Of a stretch of DNA of 64,000 nt, positions 40,584 through 50,975 are shown piece by piece. The stretch is from an uncultured Planctomycetales bacterium (lineage in GTDB: Bacteria > Omnitrophota > Gorgyraeia > Zapsychrales > JAHFFX01). How positions within the stretch are numbered: position 1 is the stretch's first letter; every line of letters starts with the position of its first letter. The translations under genes were made by a program, and so were the position numbers. The stretch spans positions 16,305-80,304 of the forward strand of contig CAYXGG010000006.1 of assembly GCA_964464475.1 (NCBI GenBank), written 5' to 3'. Under the pieces are notes generated by a model. The model was not told the origin of the DNA and searched no databases. It saw only the letters and a list, made by a program, of their open reading frames with translations.

Positions 40584-41926
40584 CGTCTAGCCTTTAATTG
40601 ACCTGAACGCATAAATCCATCGTAATGACGCATCAATAAATGTGATTCAACTTGCTTCATCGTATCCAAAATAACACCTACCACGATTAATACTCCCGTC
40701 CCACCAAAGAAGGACGCCACTAAATAAGGAACGCTAAAAGCGGCCATTAAAGCATCCGGCATAATCGCGATGCAACAAATAAACAAAGCGCCCGCCAAGG
40801 TAATACGCGTTAAAACGAAATCCAAATAATCCGCAGTCGGGCTTCCCGGGCGAACACCGGGGATAAATCCGCCGTGTTTTTTCATATTTTCGGCAACATC
40901 CAACGGATTAAACACAATAGCCGTATAAAAATAACAAAAGAAAACAATCAAAAGTGCGTAAATAATATAATAAACGATATGTCCACGTAACAGTAATTGC
41001 GCAAAATTTTGAAACGCTGGCGATGGAATAAAACTGGCCAATGTCGCCGGAAACAATATCAACGACTGAGCAAAAATAATCGCAATAACACCCGACGTAT
41101 CAACCTTTAAAGGAATATAAGTGCTTTGACCACCATATACTTTTCTACCTACTATTCGGCGGGCGTACTGAACCGGGATTTTACGTTGCCCCTGAGTAAT
41201 CAGCGTAACCGCCAAAATAACACCCACAAGCATCGCCACCATGATTAAGAGCGTCAGCGGTTGAATTTGACGAACCGTGGCCGACTGCGGAGACATCAAT
41301 AAGAATAAATTACTCATAGCCGCCGGTGCGGAAGAAATAATACCACTAGCAATCAGCAGAGAAATACCATTACCAATACCTCGCTCCTGGATCTGTTCGC
41401 CTAACCACATCAGAAAGAGTGTCCCGGTGGTTAAAGTCAACACGGTCGTTATCCGAAAACCCCACCCAGGGTCATTCACAATTTGCATTCCCTGGAAAGA
41501 CTGCGGGTTCTCAAGCCACAAAGACACAAAGAACGATTGCACAGTCGCCAAAAAAAGTGTGGCATACCGGGTATATTGATTGATTTTCATATATCCAGTG
41601 TGACCTTGGCGTGCTAATTTCTCAAGCGCTGGGAACACGGCCGTCAGCAGTTGAATAATAATCGAACTCGAGATGTAAGGCATTATTCCCAAAGCAAACA
41701 CTGTGGCTTTTTCTAAAGCACCGCCATTAAACATATTCATAATGGTAAAAATGGTGCCGGTTCCGGTTTGCGACATTCTCTGGAAAAATTCGGCAAGCAC
41801 GGCCCCGTTGACGCCAGGCGTGGGAATAAAACAGCCAATGCGATAAACCACAATAAGCCCCAACGTAAAAAGAATCTTCTTCTTTAACTCAGGGATTTTA
41901 AAACAATTGGAAAAGGCCGCGAGCAT
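40580..41926 (-). CDS. secY: preprotein translocase SecY
   Basis: 448 aa; 10 TM segments; canonical sequence. Confidence 0.95.
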   Translation of the reverse strand: MLAAFSNCFKIPELKKKILFTLGLIVVYRIGCFIPTPGVNGAVLAEFFQRMSQTGTGTIFTIMNMFNGGALEKATVFALGIMPYISSSIIIQLLTAVFPALEKLARQGHTGYMKINQYTRYATLFLATVQSFFVSLWLENPQSFQGMQIVNDPGWGFRITTVLTLTTGTLFLMWLGEQIQERGIGNGISLLIASGIISSAPAAMSNLFLLMSPQSATVRQIQPLTLLIMVAMLVGVILAVTLITQGQRKIPVQYARRIVGRKVYGGQSTYIPLKVDTSGVIAIIFAQSLILFPATLASFIPSPAFQNFAQLLLRGHIVYYIIYALLIVFFCYFYTAIVFNPLDVAENMKKHGGFIPGVRPGSPTADYLDFVLTRITLAGALFICCIAIMPDALMAAFSVPYLVASFFGGTGVLIVVGVILDTMKQVESHLLMRHYDGFMRSGQLKARR

Positions 41927-41932
41927 AAGCGG

Positions 41933-42409
41933 TTATTGTGATTTCTCCTGCGTTTTCAAAGAACTCAATTCAACCACTTCCGCCTTGCCGCCAACTTTCT
42001 CGATTTTTTCTTGAGCGGACTTTGAAAAACTATTGGCTTTAATGGTTAACCCTTTGGCAATTTCACCATCCCCTAATACTTTAAAGGGTTTGGCTAAACT
42101 TTTGATAATCCCGTGTGTTTTTAAATAAACAGCATCCACGGTCGTCCCTTCTTTAATTCGGCGAAGGCTTTCCAAATTCACGACTTGATAAACGATAGGG
42201 GCTTTGGCTCTAAAACCGACTTTAGGCAACCGCTTGATTAACGGCATCTGCCCACCTTCAAGACTGGCGTGAATACCCCGACCAGGTCGTTGACCTTGAC
42301 CATTATGACCTCGGCAAGACGTTTTACCGTGGCCGGATCCAGATCCCCGACCGACAATCTTGCGACGTTTCCGGGATCCAACAGGTGATTTTAATTCATT
42401 CAACAACAT
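41933..42409 (-). CDS. rplO: 50S ribosomal protein L15
   Basis: 158 aa; canonical sequence; directly follows rpsE (no rpmD). Confidence 0.9.
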   Translation of the reverse strand: MLLNELKSPVGSRKRRKIVGRGSGSGHGKTSCRGHNGQGQRPGRGIHASLEGGQMPLIKRLPKVGFRAKAPIVYQVVNLESLRRIKEGTTVDAVYLKTHGIIKSLAKPFKVLGDGEIAKGLTIKANSFSKSAQEKIEKVGGKAEVVELSSLKTQEKSQ

Positions 42410-42420
42410 AGCAATAACTC

Positions 42421-43056
42421 CTATTTAGCCGCCACCGGCTCAGAGGAAACGGGGGCCACATTTTCCGGCCTGGCTTTTAATCGGCTTAATCCATCAATAG
42501 CCGCTTTAACAACATTGATGGGATTGTTGGAACGATGACATTTCGTTAAGATATTACGAATTCCGACTGAGTCACAAACGGCTCGCACGGGACCAGCCGC
42601 GATAACGCCCGTACCTTCCGAAGCAGGTTTTAACATGACTTGTGATGCTCCGCAGCAACCAATCACTTCATGAGGAATCGTAGCTTGGTATAAAGGAATA
42701 TAAATCAAACTTTTTTTTGCGGCTGACAATGATTTGCGGATCGCAAAAGCAACTTCTCCCGCCTTTTGCAACCCATAGCCGACTCGACCTTTTCCATCCC
42801 CAACGACCACCAGCGCGCTAAAAGCTAAACGCTTATTACCTTTGGTAACTTTAGTAACGCGGTTAATGGTAATAACTTTTTCCACAAATTCAGAAGCGAC
42901 CGCTTCGCGTTTACGCGGCATGGGCTTTCGGGGACCTTTTTGTTTGCCACGCGGCCCTCCCTGCCCAGCACCCGCTTCGGCATTCTCGCCACCAGCGGCA
43001 GCATTGACTTCCGGATTTGCATTTTCAGGATTCTTACTTTTTTTGTCAGCAGTCAT
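42421..43056 (-). CDS. rpsE: 30S ribosomal protein S5 with roughly 50-aa low-complexity N-terminal extension
   Basis: 211 aa; canonical S5 core from [12 protein letters not shown]; the long start fits the 23-nt spacing after rplR. Confidence 0.9.
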   Translation of the reverse strand: MTADKKSKNPENANPEVNAAAGGENAEAGAGQGGPRGKQKGPRKPMPRKREAVASEFVEKVITINRVTKVTKGNKRLAFSALVVVGDGKGRVGYGLQKAGEVAFAIRKSLSAAKKSLIYIPLYQATIPHEVIGCCGASQVMLKPASEGTGVIAAGPVRAVCDSVGIRNILTKCHRSNNPINVVKAAIDGLSRLKARPENVAPVSSEPVAAK

Positions 43057-43079
43057 AGAGATAACTTTATGTTATTAGA

Positions 43080-43439
43080 TTAAAATTCGAGTCCGGCGTT
43101 ACGGGCGGCTTCCGCGAAAGCTTTGACCCGCCCATGAAACAAATAACCACCCCGATCAAAACAAACTTTTTTAAACCCCTTGTCTTGGGCGAGCTTAGCG
43201 ACCGCTTCTCCTAAAACAGTAGCGGCATTGACATTACCACCCGTTTTGACTTTAGCTTTCAATTTTTTATCCAGGGTCGACATGCCTAACAAAACCTTAC
43301 CCTGAGTATCGTCAATTAACTGCGCATGCAAATTTTTCAAACTACGGTGCACGGCTAAACGAGGTTTTTCTTGAGTACCGCTGAGTTTATGGCGAATTCG
43401 CTCATGACGGAACATTCTTTTATTATCTTTAGTTATCAT
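43080..43439 (-). CDS. rplR: 50S ribosomal protein L18
   Basis: 119 aa. Confidence 0.9.
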   Translation of the reverse strand: MITKDNKRMFRHERIRHKLSGTQEKPRLAVHRSLKNLHAQLIDDTQGKVLLGMSTLDKKLKAKVKTGGNVNAATVLGEAVAKLAQDKGFKKVCFDRGGYLFHGRVKAFAEAARNAGLEF

Positions 43440-43456
43440 AATCTTATTCTCAGCCT

Positions 43457-43996
43457 TTACTTAGTTACGGCCTTACCTTGTTTACGACGTACTTTTTCAC
43501 CTGCGTAACGAATACCTTTGCCTTTATAAGGTTCCGGCGGTTTGATCGCTCGAATCTTGGCGGCAACGTTACCTAAAACAGCATTATCGGAGCTTTCTAA
43601 AGAAATTTCCGTCGGCTTAGGCATGGCCACCTTGACTCCAGCAGGAACTTCAAAATCGACCTGATGGCTAAACCCTAAGTTCAGAGTCAATTTTTGACCA
43701 GTAACTGCCCCACGAAAACCTACTCCCTGGATTTCCAAATCAATTTTATGTCCTTGGGTAACGCCCTTAAGCATATTAACCAAGTTGGCCCGAACGGTCC
43801 CATGATTTGCGCGATCCTGTTTGGAATTGCCCCCGCGGAGCACCATAATTTTGTTATCTTTTTGTTCAACGGTAATTCCGCGTGGTACTTTTAAAGCCAC
43901 TTTGCCTTTAGGACCGTTAACCAGTAAGGATCCTTGATCAAAAGCAACTTTTGCATCTTTGGGTAAATCAACTGGAATTTTTCCTAAACGAGACAT
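43457..43996 (-). CDS. rplF: 50S ribosomal protein L6
   Basis: 179 aa. Confidence 0.95.
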   Translation of the reverse strand: MSRLGKIPVDLPKDAKVAFDQGSLLVNGPKGKVALKVPRGITVEQKDNKIMVLRGGNSKQDRANHGTVRANLVNMLKGVTQGHKIDLEIQGVGFRGAVTGQKLTLNLGFSHQVDFEVPAGVKVAMPKPTEISLESSDNAVLGNVAAKIRAIKPPEPYKGKGIRYAGEKVRRKQGKAVTK

Positions 43997-44020
43997 GGTA
44001 GAAGATCCTCAATAGCTAAA

Positions 44021-44419
44021 TTACCAAATGTAACAAATAACTTCACCACCAACACCATTCTTGCGCGCTTCACGATCATTCATCACACCGCGAGAGGTAG
44101 TGATAACGGCGGTTCCTAATCCATTAATAACCCGCGGGACTCGATCGCTAGTACAATAGACTCTCAACCCGGGTTTAGATATTCTTTTTAAGCCAATAAC
44201 GGAAGGCTTTCGATTTAGGCTATATTTTAAATAAACTTTAAACATGCCCTGCTTATCGTCCTTCAACAAACGAAAATCTTCAATGTACCCATCGGCCTTA
44301 AAAATTTCCAAAATCTTTTGACCCAAGCGCGAAGCTGGGATGTCGACGGTTTCCTTGCGAGCATGCAAAGCGTTGCGGATACTGACTAACAAATTACTGA
44401 TTGGATCGGTTAACGACAT
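44021..44419 (-). CDS. rpsH: 30S ribosomal protein S8
   Basis: 132 aa. Confidence 0.95.
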   Translation of the reverse strand: MSLTDPISNLLVSIRNALHARKETVDIPASRLGQKILEIFKADGYIEDFRLLKDDKQGMFKVYLKYSLNRKPSVIGLKRISKPGLRVYCTSDRVPRVINGLGTAVITTSRGVMNDREARKNGVGGEVICYIW

Positions 44420-44447
44420 ATTGATTTCACCTTTAGTTCGTAACGAG

Positions 44448-44633
44448 TTACCAGCTGGCTTTTCTGACTCCCGGAATTTCCCCTTTCCAGGCTAGTTCGC
44501 GGAAGCAAATACGGCAGCAACCGAACCTTCGCAAAAAGGCTCGCGCGCGACCGCATAAAGGACAGCGATTGTATTTGCGGACGGTAAATTTGGGGGCCAC
44601 TAAACACTTATTTCTTAATGCTTTTCGTGCCAT
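44448..44633 (-). CDS. rpsZ: 30S ribosomal protein S14 type Z (zinc-binding, 61 aa)
   Basis: CPLCGR...CCRIC Cys4 motif. Confidence 0.9.
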   Translation of the reverse strand: MARKALRNKCLVAPKFTVRKYNRCPLCGRARAFLRRFGCCRICFRELAWKGEIPGVRKASW

Positions 44634-44638
44634 AAAAC

Positions 44639-45229
44639 TTATGCTCCTTTTGCAGCAGTTTGTACCGGCTGATGTTGGTGCGTAAAAGGCATTCCCAAGA
44701 GCCTTAACAGTTCCAGAGTTTGATCTTTACCTAACTTTTTGCTATTTCTTTTAAATACAAAAGTAATATCCATCCCTTGGGTGTGAGCAATGCGCCCGAC
44801 ATCAATTTCTGGAAAAATCGCTTGTTCCTTCAACCCTATCGTATAATTTCCCTCACGATCAAAAGATTTACGGGAAACACCGTTAAAATCACGAATACGA
44901 GGTAAAGTTAAATTGACCAACCGATCCATAAATTCATACATCCGATTACGACGTAAGGTCACCTTGCAACCGATGGCGGCGTTGAGCCTTAACTTAAAGT
45001 TAGAAATGGCTTTTTTTGAATGCCGAATCTGCGGTTTTTGACCGGTAATGGTTCCTAAATCTTCCGCGGCCTTATCAATAATTTTGTGATCATTGAGGGC
45101 CTCTCCAACCCCCATGTTGACGACTATTTTGTCCAAACGAGGGACAGCATTCACATTTTTGATCCCGAATTTTTTTTGCAGTTCGGGGACAACTTCATTC
45201 TCATATTTTTCCAAAAGACGCGGTTTCAT
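44639..45229 (-). CDS. rplE: 50S ribosomal protein L5
   Basis: 196 aa. Confidence 0.95.
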   Translation of the reverse strand: MKPRLLEKYENEVVPELQKKFGIKNVNAVPRLDKIVVNMGVGEALNDHKIIDKAAEDLGTITGQKPQIRHSKKAISNFKLRLNAAIGCKVTLRRNRMYEFMDRLVNLTLPRIRDFNGVSRKSFDREGNYTIGLKEQAIFPEIDVGRIAHTQGMDITFVFKRNSKKLGKDQTLELLRLLGMPFTHQHQPVQTAAKGA

Positions 45230-45230
45230 A

Positions 45231-45542
45231 CTAAATCACAGCTCCACTTAGCTTAGCTTTACGGACTTTGCTGCCATCCTTGAGCACTTCCGAAGAAAAC
45301 CGGGAAGGTTTATTATTTTGCTTATCCAACAACATTAAATTAGAAAGATGAATCGGCATCTCAATATCAATAATGCCGCCCTTCTGGTCCTGTTGAGTGC
45401 GACGCTTGGCTTTCTTAAACAAGTTGATATTTTCTACCAAGGCGCGTTGCTCTTTAGGAAAAATCCGCATGACTTTTCCCGTTTTACCTTTATCTTTACC
45501 GGTGATAACCATCACCACATCGTTTTTCTTAATTCGTAACAT
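45231..45542 (-). CDS. rplX: 50S ribosomal protein L24
   Basis: 103 aa; KOW motif. Confidence 0.9.
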   Translation of the reverse strand: MLRIKKNDVVMVITGKDKGKTGKVMRIFPKEQRALVENINLFKKAKRRTQQDQKGGIIDIEMPIHLSNLMLLDKQNNKPSRFSSEVLKDGSKVRKAKLSGAVI

Positions 45543-45544
45543 GA

Positions 45545-45913
45545 CTAAATAACCTCGGGGGCTAACGAAACAATTTTCATGTATTCCAAATTTCTCAACT
45601 CACGAGCTACCGGACCAAAAACGCGAGTCCCTTTAGGGTTACCGGCTTCATCAACGATCACGCAAGCGTTCGTATCAAAACGAACATAAGTTCCATCTGA
45701 ACGGCGAATGGCCTTCTTCGTACGCACAATAATCGCTTTAGCTTTCTCGCCTTTCTTGACCGCCGCATCCGGAGAAGATTCCTTAATATTGACTCTCACT
45801 AAGTCACCCACGTGAGCCGTCATTCTTCCCTTACTGTTTAACGTGCCAATAAACGAAGCCTTTCGAGCCCCGGTATTGTCTGCAACATCCATAATAGTTC
45901 TTAAGAAAATCAT
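45545..45913 (-). CDS. rplN: 50S ribosomal protein L14
   Basis: 122 aa. Confidence 0.95.
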   Translation of the reverse strand: MIFLRTIMDVADNTGARKASFIGTLNSKGRMTAHVGDLVRVNIKESSPDAAVKKGEKAKAIIVRTKKAIRRSDGTYVRFDTNACVIVDEAGNPKGTRVFGPVARELRNLEYMKIVSLAPEVI

Positions 45914-45922
45914 GACAACCCT

Positions 45923-46180
45923 CTAACCTTGAGTTTTCAATACTTCAGTAATGACCCAACGTTTGTCTTTTGAAATCGGGCGGGTCTCCATAATACGAAC
46001 CACATCCCCACTTTTCGTGGCGTTCTTCTCATCATGCGCTTTAAATTTAACCGCATGACGAATAGTCTTAGCGTATTTGTCGTGCTTGGAGGCCCAACGA
46101 ACCTGAACAACGCGAGTTTTGTTCATTTTGTCGCTGACAACCGTACCGTTTAAAAATTTTCTCTTATTTACTCTTTCCAT
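45923..46180 (-). CDS. rpsQ: 30S ribosomal protein S17
   Basis: 85 aa. Confidence 0.9.
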   Translation of the reverse strand: MERVNKRKFLNGTVVSDKMNKTRVVQVRWASKHDKYAKTIRHAVKFKAHDEKNATKSGDVVRIMETRPISKDKRWVITEVLKTQG

Positions 46181-46367
46181 CTTTAGCTCTTTCTTTAAGT
46201 ACCGTCAGAATTCGGGCAATATCACGACGCAAATTACGGAAACGTCCCGGTTTCTCGACCCGGCCCATTTGCCTTTGAAAACGCAAGTCAAATAATTCTT
46301 TCTTAAGACTTTTTTCTTTTTGATTTAGCTGCTCAACATCGAGCGCTCGTATTTCTTTAGTTTTCAT
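46164..46367 (-). CDS. rpmC: 50S ribosomal protein L29
   Basis: 67 aa; overlaps the rpsQ start by 17 nt. Confidence 0.85.
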   Translation of the reverse strand: MKTKEIRALDVEQLNQKEKSLKKELFDLRFQRQMGRVEKPGRFRNLRRDIARILTVLKERAKDGKSK

Positions 46368-46378
46368 AAATTCGCCTC

Positions 46379-46801
46379 TTAGCGCGTTTCGCGAGAAATA
46401 AACTTTGTTTGCACCGGCAGTTTAAAAGCAACCAACCGAAAAATCTGTTTGGCAAAAGCTTCCGGAACCCCGGACATTTCAAACAGCACTTTGCCTCTTT
46501 GAATCGGGCAACCCCAGTGATGCAAATCGCCTTTTCCCTTTCCCTGACGAGTTTCCGGCGGCTTCTTGGTAACCGGCTTACGAGGAAAGATGTTAATCCA
46601 GAGACGTCCGGCGCCACGGGATTTACGGGCGACGACGACACGAGCGGACTCAATATGATTACTTTTAATAAATCCATTTTCAATGGATTTCAAACCGAAC
46701 TCACCATATAGCAGGGAATTCCCCCTGGTGGCAATGCCGCGGTTCTTGCCGCGCTGCATTTTTCGATACTTAACTCTTTTTGGCATCAACGCCATAGACA
46801 A
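46379..46801 (-). CDS. rplP: 50S ribosomal protein L16
   Basis: 140 aa. Confidence 0.95.
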   Translation of the reverse strand: MSMALMPKRVKYRKMQRGKNRGIATRGNSLLYGEFGLKSIENGFIKSNHIESARVVVARKSRGAGRLWINIFPRKPVTKKPPETRQGKGKGDLHHWGCPIQRGKVLFEMSGVPEAFAKQIFRLVAFKLPVQTKFISRETR

Positions 46802-46814
46802 TACCTCTACTAAC

Positions 46815-47501
46815 TTAGGCTGCTACTTTTTCCTGTGGTTTTTCTTCTGTCTGCAAATCTGACGGGGCCTGACCTTCGATAACATCCCCTTTATAAACCC
46901 AAACTTTAATTCCCAAAATTCCGTAAGTCGTTAAGGACTCGGCAAACCCGTAGTCAACATCGGCTCGAAAAGTATGTAAAGGCAGCTTGCCTTCCTTATA
47001 AGTTTCGGAACGCGACATTTCCGCACCACCCAATCGGCCGGAACATTTAATCTTGACCCCCTTAGCGCCAGACTGCATCGCTTGCTCAATGGCACGTTTC
47101 ATGGCACGACGAAAAGCAACTCGTTTTTCTAACTGAAACGCAATACTTTGACCAATAAGCTGGGCATCAATAGACGGATTCTTAATTTCCTGAATCTCAA
47201 CCGCAACTTCACGGGTTGAAAGCTTACCTAATTCGGTTCTTAATTTATCAATATCCGCACCACGACGACCAATAATCACCCCGGGACGAGCCGTACAAAT
47301 TCTAACTTTGATTTGATTCGCCAAGCGCTCTATTTCAACTCGCGACACCGCCGCCTGAATAAATTTCTTGGTAATATATTTTCGAATTCGGTAATCTTCC
47401 TGAATATTTTTGGCGAAATCTTTTTTCTCCGCGAACCACAGACTACGCCAATTTTTAATATAGCCGATTCTTAGAATTAAAGGACTTACTTTTTGACCCA
47501 C
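46815..47501 (-). CDS. rpsC: 30S ribosomal protein S3
   Basis: 228 aa; KH domain. Confidence 0.95.
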   Translation of the reverse strand: MGQKVSPLILRIGYIKNWRSLWFAEKKDFAKNIQEDYRIRKYITKKFIQAAVSRVEIERLANQIKVRICTARPGVIIGRRGADIDKLRTELGKLSTREVAVEIQEIKNPSIDAQLIGQSIAFQLEKRVAFRRAMKRAIEQAMQSGAKGVKIKCSGRLGGAEMSRSETYKEGKLPLHTFRADVDYGFAESLTTYGILGIKVWVYKGDVIEGQAPSDLQTEEKPQEKVAA

Positions 47502-47516
47502 GTTTTATCCCCTTTA

Positions 47517-47852
47517 CTATTTGGTAATAACGTCTAACTCAATGGTTATGTGCGTTGTGCGCTTCAAAATTCCTGAAGCCCGACCAAAACTCGCAGCGCG
47601 AAATCTTTTCCACATCGGGCCATTATCAGCCACGATGCGAGAAATAAAAAGCTGTTCTTCGTTCAACCCTTTTTGTTTGGCCGTGCTAACGGCGGAATGT
47701 AAAATTTTCTTCACCGGCTTGCAGGCACCTTTGTTGACGTGAGTAAGAATAGCCGTTGAGCTAATGACATCTTTACCTCTGATCAAATCAATGACCTGTC
47801 GCATTTTTAGCGGTGAAATTCTGATAAACTTTCCTTTAGCTTTCGCAATCAT
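47517..47852 (-). CDS. rplV: 50S ribosomal protein L22
   Basis: 111 aa. Confidence 0.9.
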   Translation of the reverse strand: MIAKAKGKFIRISPLKMRQVIDLIRGKDVISSTAILTHVNKGACKPVKKILHSAVSTAKQKGLNEEQLFISRIVADNGPMWKRFRAASFGRASGILKRTTHITIELDVITK

Positions 47853-47877
47853 AGTATCAACCCAATCAATTCAACAA

Positions 47878-48165
47878 TTATGTCTTATCTGGAGATTTTT
47901 TAGCTTTAACGCCGCCGTGTTTTCTAAAAATACGGCTGGGAGCGAATTCGCCAAGTTTATGCCCGACCATATTTTCCGTTACAAAAACGGGGACGTGTTT
48001 ATGGCCATCATAAATGGCGACTGTATACCCAACAAAATCAGGAGCGATGGTCGAACGACGCGACCAAGTCTTAATCGGCTGGCGCTGACCCGATTTTGCC
48101 ATTTTCTCAACTTTCTTCTGCAAGTGCTCGTCAATAAAAGCACCTTTGTTAATTGAACGTGCCAT
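47878..48165 (-). CDS. rpsS: 30S ribosomal protein S19
   Basis: 95 aa. Confidence 0.95.
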   Translation of the reverse strand: MARSINKGAFIDEHLQKKVEKMAKSGQRQPIKTWSRRSTIAPDFVGYTVAIYDGHKHVPVFVTENMVGHKLGEFAPSRIFRKHGGVKAKKSPDKT

Positions 48166-48166
48166 A

Positions 48167-49000
48167 TTATGCCCTTCGTTTGACGATCAATGAATCGGAA
48201 TATTTTCTACGCTTTCTCGTGTGATACCCCTTAGTAGGTTTTCCCCACGGAGTCACGGGATGCGGATTACCCTGAGGAGCTTTACCTTCACCACCACCGT
48301 GAGGATGATCATGTGGATTCATGACCACACCACGGGACTGCGGACGGCGACCTAACCAACGGCTACGACCGGCTTTACCAATGGAAATAGTTCCATTCTC
48401 TACGTTACCAATTTGACCAATCGTGGCTCGACACAATAATGAAACTTTACGAACCTCACTAGATGGCAAGCGGATTTGACCAAAACCACCTTCTTTAGCG
48501 AGCATCTGTGCCGATCCACCCGCAGACCGAACTATTTGTCCACCTTTGCCAGGCGTTAGTTCAATATTATGGATTGCCGTACCGAGAGGAATGCGCGACA
48601 AAGGTAAACAATTACCCGCCTTAATGTCAACATCCTTATCCACAGTGCTAATGACCTGGTCGCCCACTCTCAAATCCAAAGGAGCCAAAATATAGGCCTT
48701 TTTCTTATCGGCATATTCAATCAACGCAATACGACTCGTGCGATTGGGATCATATTCAATACCCAAAACTTTTGCGACTGCATCAATACGATCTCTTTTA
48801 AAATCAATCAAACGATACTGACGTTTGTGCCCACCGCCGCGATGACGTGAGGTAATCCGCCCATTACTATTACGGCCACCTGATTTTTTTAATGGACGCA
48901 ACAATGATTTTTCCGGATAAGACTTCGTGATTTCTTTGAAATCAGGAAGCATCGCATGACGCAAACCGGGAGTTGTGGGTTTAAAAGTACGCAATCCCAT
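48167..49000 (-). CDS. rplB: 50S ribosomal protein L2
   Basis: 277 aa. Confidence 0.97.
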   Translation of the reverse strand: MGLRTFKPTTPGLRHAMLPDFKEITKSYPEKSLLRPLKKSGGRNSNGRITSRHRGGGHKRQYRLIDFKRDRIDAVAKVLGIEYDPNRTSRIALIEYADKKKAYILAPLDLRVGDQVISTVDKDVDIKAGNCLPLSRIPLGTAIHNIELTPGKGGQIVRSAGGSAQMLAKEGGFGQIRLPSSEVRKVSLLCRATIGQIGNVENGTISIGKAGRSRWLGRRPQSRGVVMNPHDHPHGGGEGKAPQGNPHPVTPWGKPTKGYHTRKRRKYSDSLIVKRRA

Positions 49001-49001
49001 G

Positions 49002-49280
49002 TTAACTTACCTCAATTTTTTGCCCTTCACTTAGGGTCACAATGGCTTTTTTCCAGTCGCTGGCATAACCAAAATCCGAACGAACCCGACGACGCTTACC
49101 GGGAACAATAACCGTGTTAACACCATCAACCTTTACCTTATAAATTTCTTCCACGGCTCTTTTGATGTCAATCTTTGTGGCATTCTTCGCGACACGAAAG
49201 AGATACTGACGGCTTGCTTCTTGAACAGTTCCCTTCTCGGTACGAATCAGGGTTTCAATAATATCGTAGGCGGTAATCAT
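49002..49280 (-). CDS. rplW: 50S ribosomal protein L23
   Basis: 92 aa. Confidence 0.9.
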   Translation of the reverse strand: MITAYDIIETLIRTEKGTVQEASRQYLFRVAKNATKIDIKRAVEEIYKVKVDGVNTVIVPGKRRRVRSDFGYASDWKKAIVTLSEGQKIEVS

Positions 49281-49900
49281 TTGACTCTCTTTAATAAATT
49301 TTGAAAAGCAGATTTAGTGACCAATAATTTTCTATTTCTTAAGATATCGTACGCGTTAACATCCTGCGCGCGCATCAAATTAAAGAATGGCAGGTTACGT
49401 GAGGCCAGCATTACCTTCTCATCCACGCCATCCCAAATAGCCAAAACCTTACCTTTTAAATTAAGCACTTTCAATATTTTGGCAAACTCTTTGGTTTTTG
49501 CGTCCTTAACCGCCAATTCAGAAATGCAGGTTAAATCTTTATCTTGGAATTTCGCGTTAAGACTTTCCCGTAACGCGCCAATTTTGATTTTTTTAGGAAC
49601 CGTATAGGAGTAATCTCTCGGAACAGGACCAAAAACAACCCCACCGCCCATCCATTGCGGAGCACGAATCGACCCTTGACGAGCCCGACCGGTACCTTTT
49701 TGACGAAAAGGTTTTTTTCCCCCACCGGATACTTCCACCCGATTTTTGGCTTTCGCTGTACCGGCACGCTGATTGGCCTGATACATCAAAACCGCTTGGT
49801 GCAAGAGATCTGAATTAACCTGGGGACGAAAAATCGTGTCAGGCAACTCAATCGTTTCTTTTTGTTTTCCTTCTAAATTTAATACAGGCAATGATGGCAT
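49277..49900 (-). CDS. rplD: 50S ribosomal protein L4
   Basis: 207 aa. Confidence 0.9.
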   Translation of the reverse strand: MPSLPVLNLEGKQKETIELPDTIFRPQVNSDLLHQAVLMYQANQRAGTAKAKNRVEVSGGGKKPFRQKGTGRARQGSIRAPQWMGGGVVFGPVPRDYSYTVPKKIKIGALRESLNAKFQDKDLTCISELAVKDAKTKEFAKILKVLNLKGKVLAIWDGVDEKVMLASRNLPFFNLMRAQDVNAYDILRNRKLLVTKSAFQNLLKRVK

Positions 49901-49901
49901 G

Positions 49902-50612
49902 TTACTTACCTTTTCCGCCGGTTTTTGCTTTAGCTTGTTTCATCGGATTTTTCTTTTTCTCAACCACCACTCTCACTTCATCCAGTGCCTTAAAGGCCTT
50001 TTTGCGGGAGAGATTAATTTCCAAATACCCATTACGGTGACCAGGAACAGCGCCTTTTAGCAACAAAATGTTATCATCCAAGTCAACCTGCATAACCCTC
50101 AATCCTTGAGTCGTTATGGTTCGATGCCCCATATGACCAGGCATGTGCGTACCACGCAAGACGCGAGAAGGATCAGAGCTGGCACCAATGGACCCGACGC
50201 GACGGTGATGCATCGAACCGTGAGCGGCCGGACCACCACTCCAGTTCCAGCGCTTCATACCTCCCTGGAAACCTTTTCCGATAGATACCCCGCGAACATC
50301 GACAAAGTCACCGGCCTTAAAAAGATCGGCTTTGATTTCCTGGCCAATTTTGTAATCCTTATTGTCCGAGGAACGGAATTCTTTGACCACCCGCAAAGGT
50401 TGCACCCCAAGCTTTTTAAAAAAGCCCTGGCGAGGTTTATTCAAACGGGCTTCTTTAACCGGTTCAAATCCAACCATCACCTTGAGAGGGACGTCAATAG
50501 TTTTGAGAACATAGCATGGGCCAACTTCAACAGCAGTGACGGGAACAAGATTGCCATCACGGTCAAAGATTTGCGTCATGCCTAATTTTTTTCCAATTAG
50601 ACCGCTAATCAT
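49902..50612 (-). CDS. rplC: 50S ribosomal protein L3
   Basis: 236 aa. Confidence 0.95.
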   Translation of the reverse strand: MISGLIGKKLGMTQIFDRDGNLVPVTAVEVGPCYVLKTIDVPLKVMVGFEPVKEARLNKPRQGFFKKLGVQPLRVVKEFRSSDNKDYKIGQEIKADLFKAGDFVDVRGVSIGKGFQGGMKRWNWSGGPAAHGSMHHRRVGSIGASSDPSRVLRGTHMPGHMGHRTITTQGLRVMQVDLDDNILLLKGAVPGHRNGYLEINLSRKKAFKALDEVRVVVEKKKNPMKQAKAKTGGKGK

Positions 50613-50627
50613 AAACCAATCGACTTT

Positions 50628-50939
50628 TTATTGTTTTATTTCGACATCAACCCCCGCCGGCAGGTTTAGCTTTCTTAAAGCTTCCACAGTCTTGGCGGTT
50701 GGTTCGATCAAATCAATCAAACGCTTATGGGTTGCAAGCTGAAACTGTTCTCTAGATTTTTTATCAATAACCGGAGAACGCAACACGGTATACAGCTCCT
50801 TTTTTGTCGGGAGCGGAACCGGGCCAGAAACCTTCGCCCCGGTACGGATAGCCGTGTCCACAATCTCTTGAGTCGATTGATCAATTAACCTATGATCGTA
50901 AGCCTTCAGCTTAATTCTAATTTTTTGAATACCTGCCAT
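50628..50939 (-). CDS. rpsJ: 30S ribosomal protein S10
   Basis: 103 aa. Confidence 0.95.
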   Translation of the reverse strand: MAGIQKIRIKLKAYDHRLIDQSTQEIVDTAIRTGAKVSGPVPLPTKKELYTVLRSPVIDKKSREQFQLATHKRLIDLIEPTAKTVEALRKLNLPAGVDVEIKQ

Positions 50940-50975
50940 GATTCAACCTAACTGCTAGCAATCCTTTGTTGTTAA

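Noticed and set aside
44410-44607. 65-aa ORF overlapping the S14 gene
   Set aside because: Alternate frame of the conserved Cys4 S14 gene; no support.
46357-46683. 108-aa ORF overlapping rplP/rpmC
   Set aside because: Off-frame overlap of two conserved r-protein genes.
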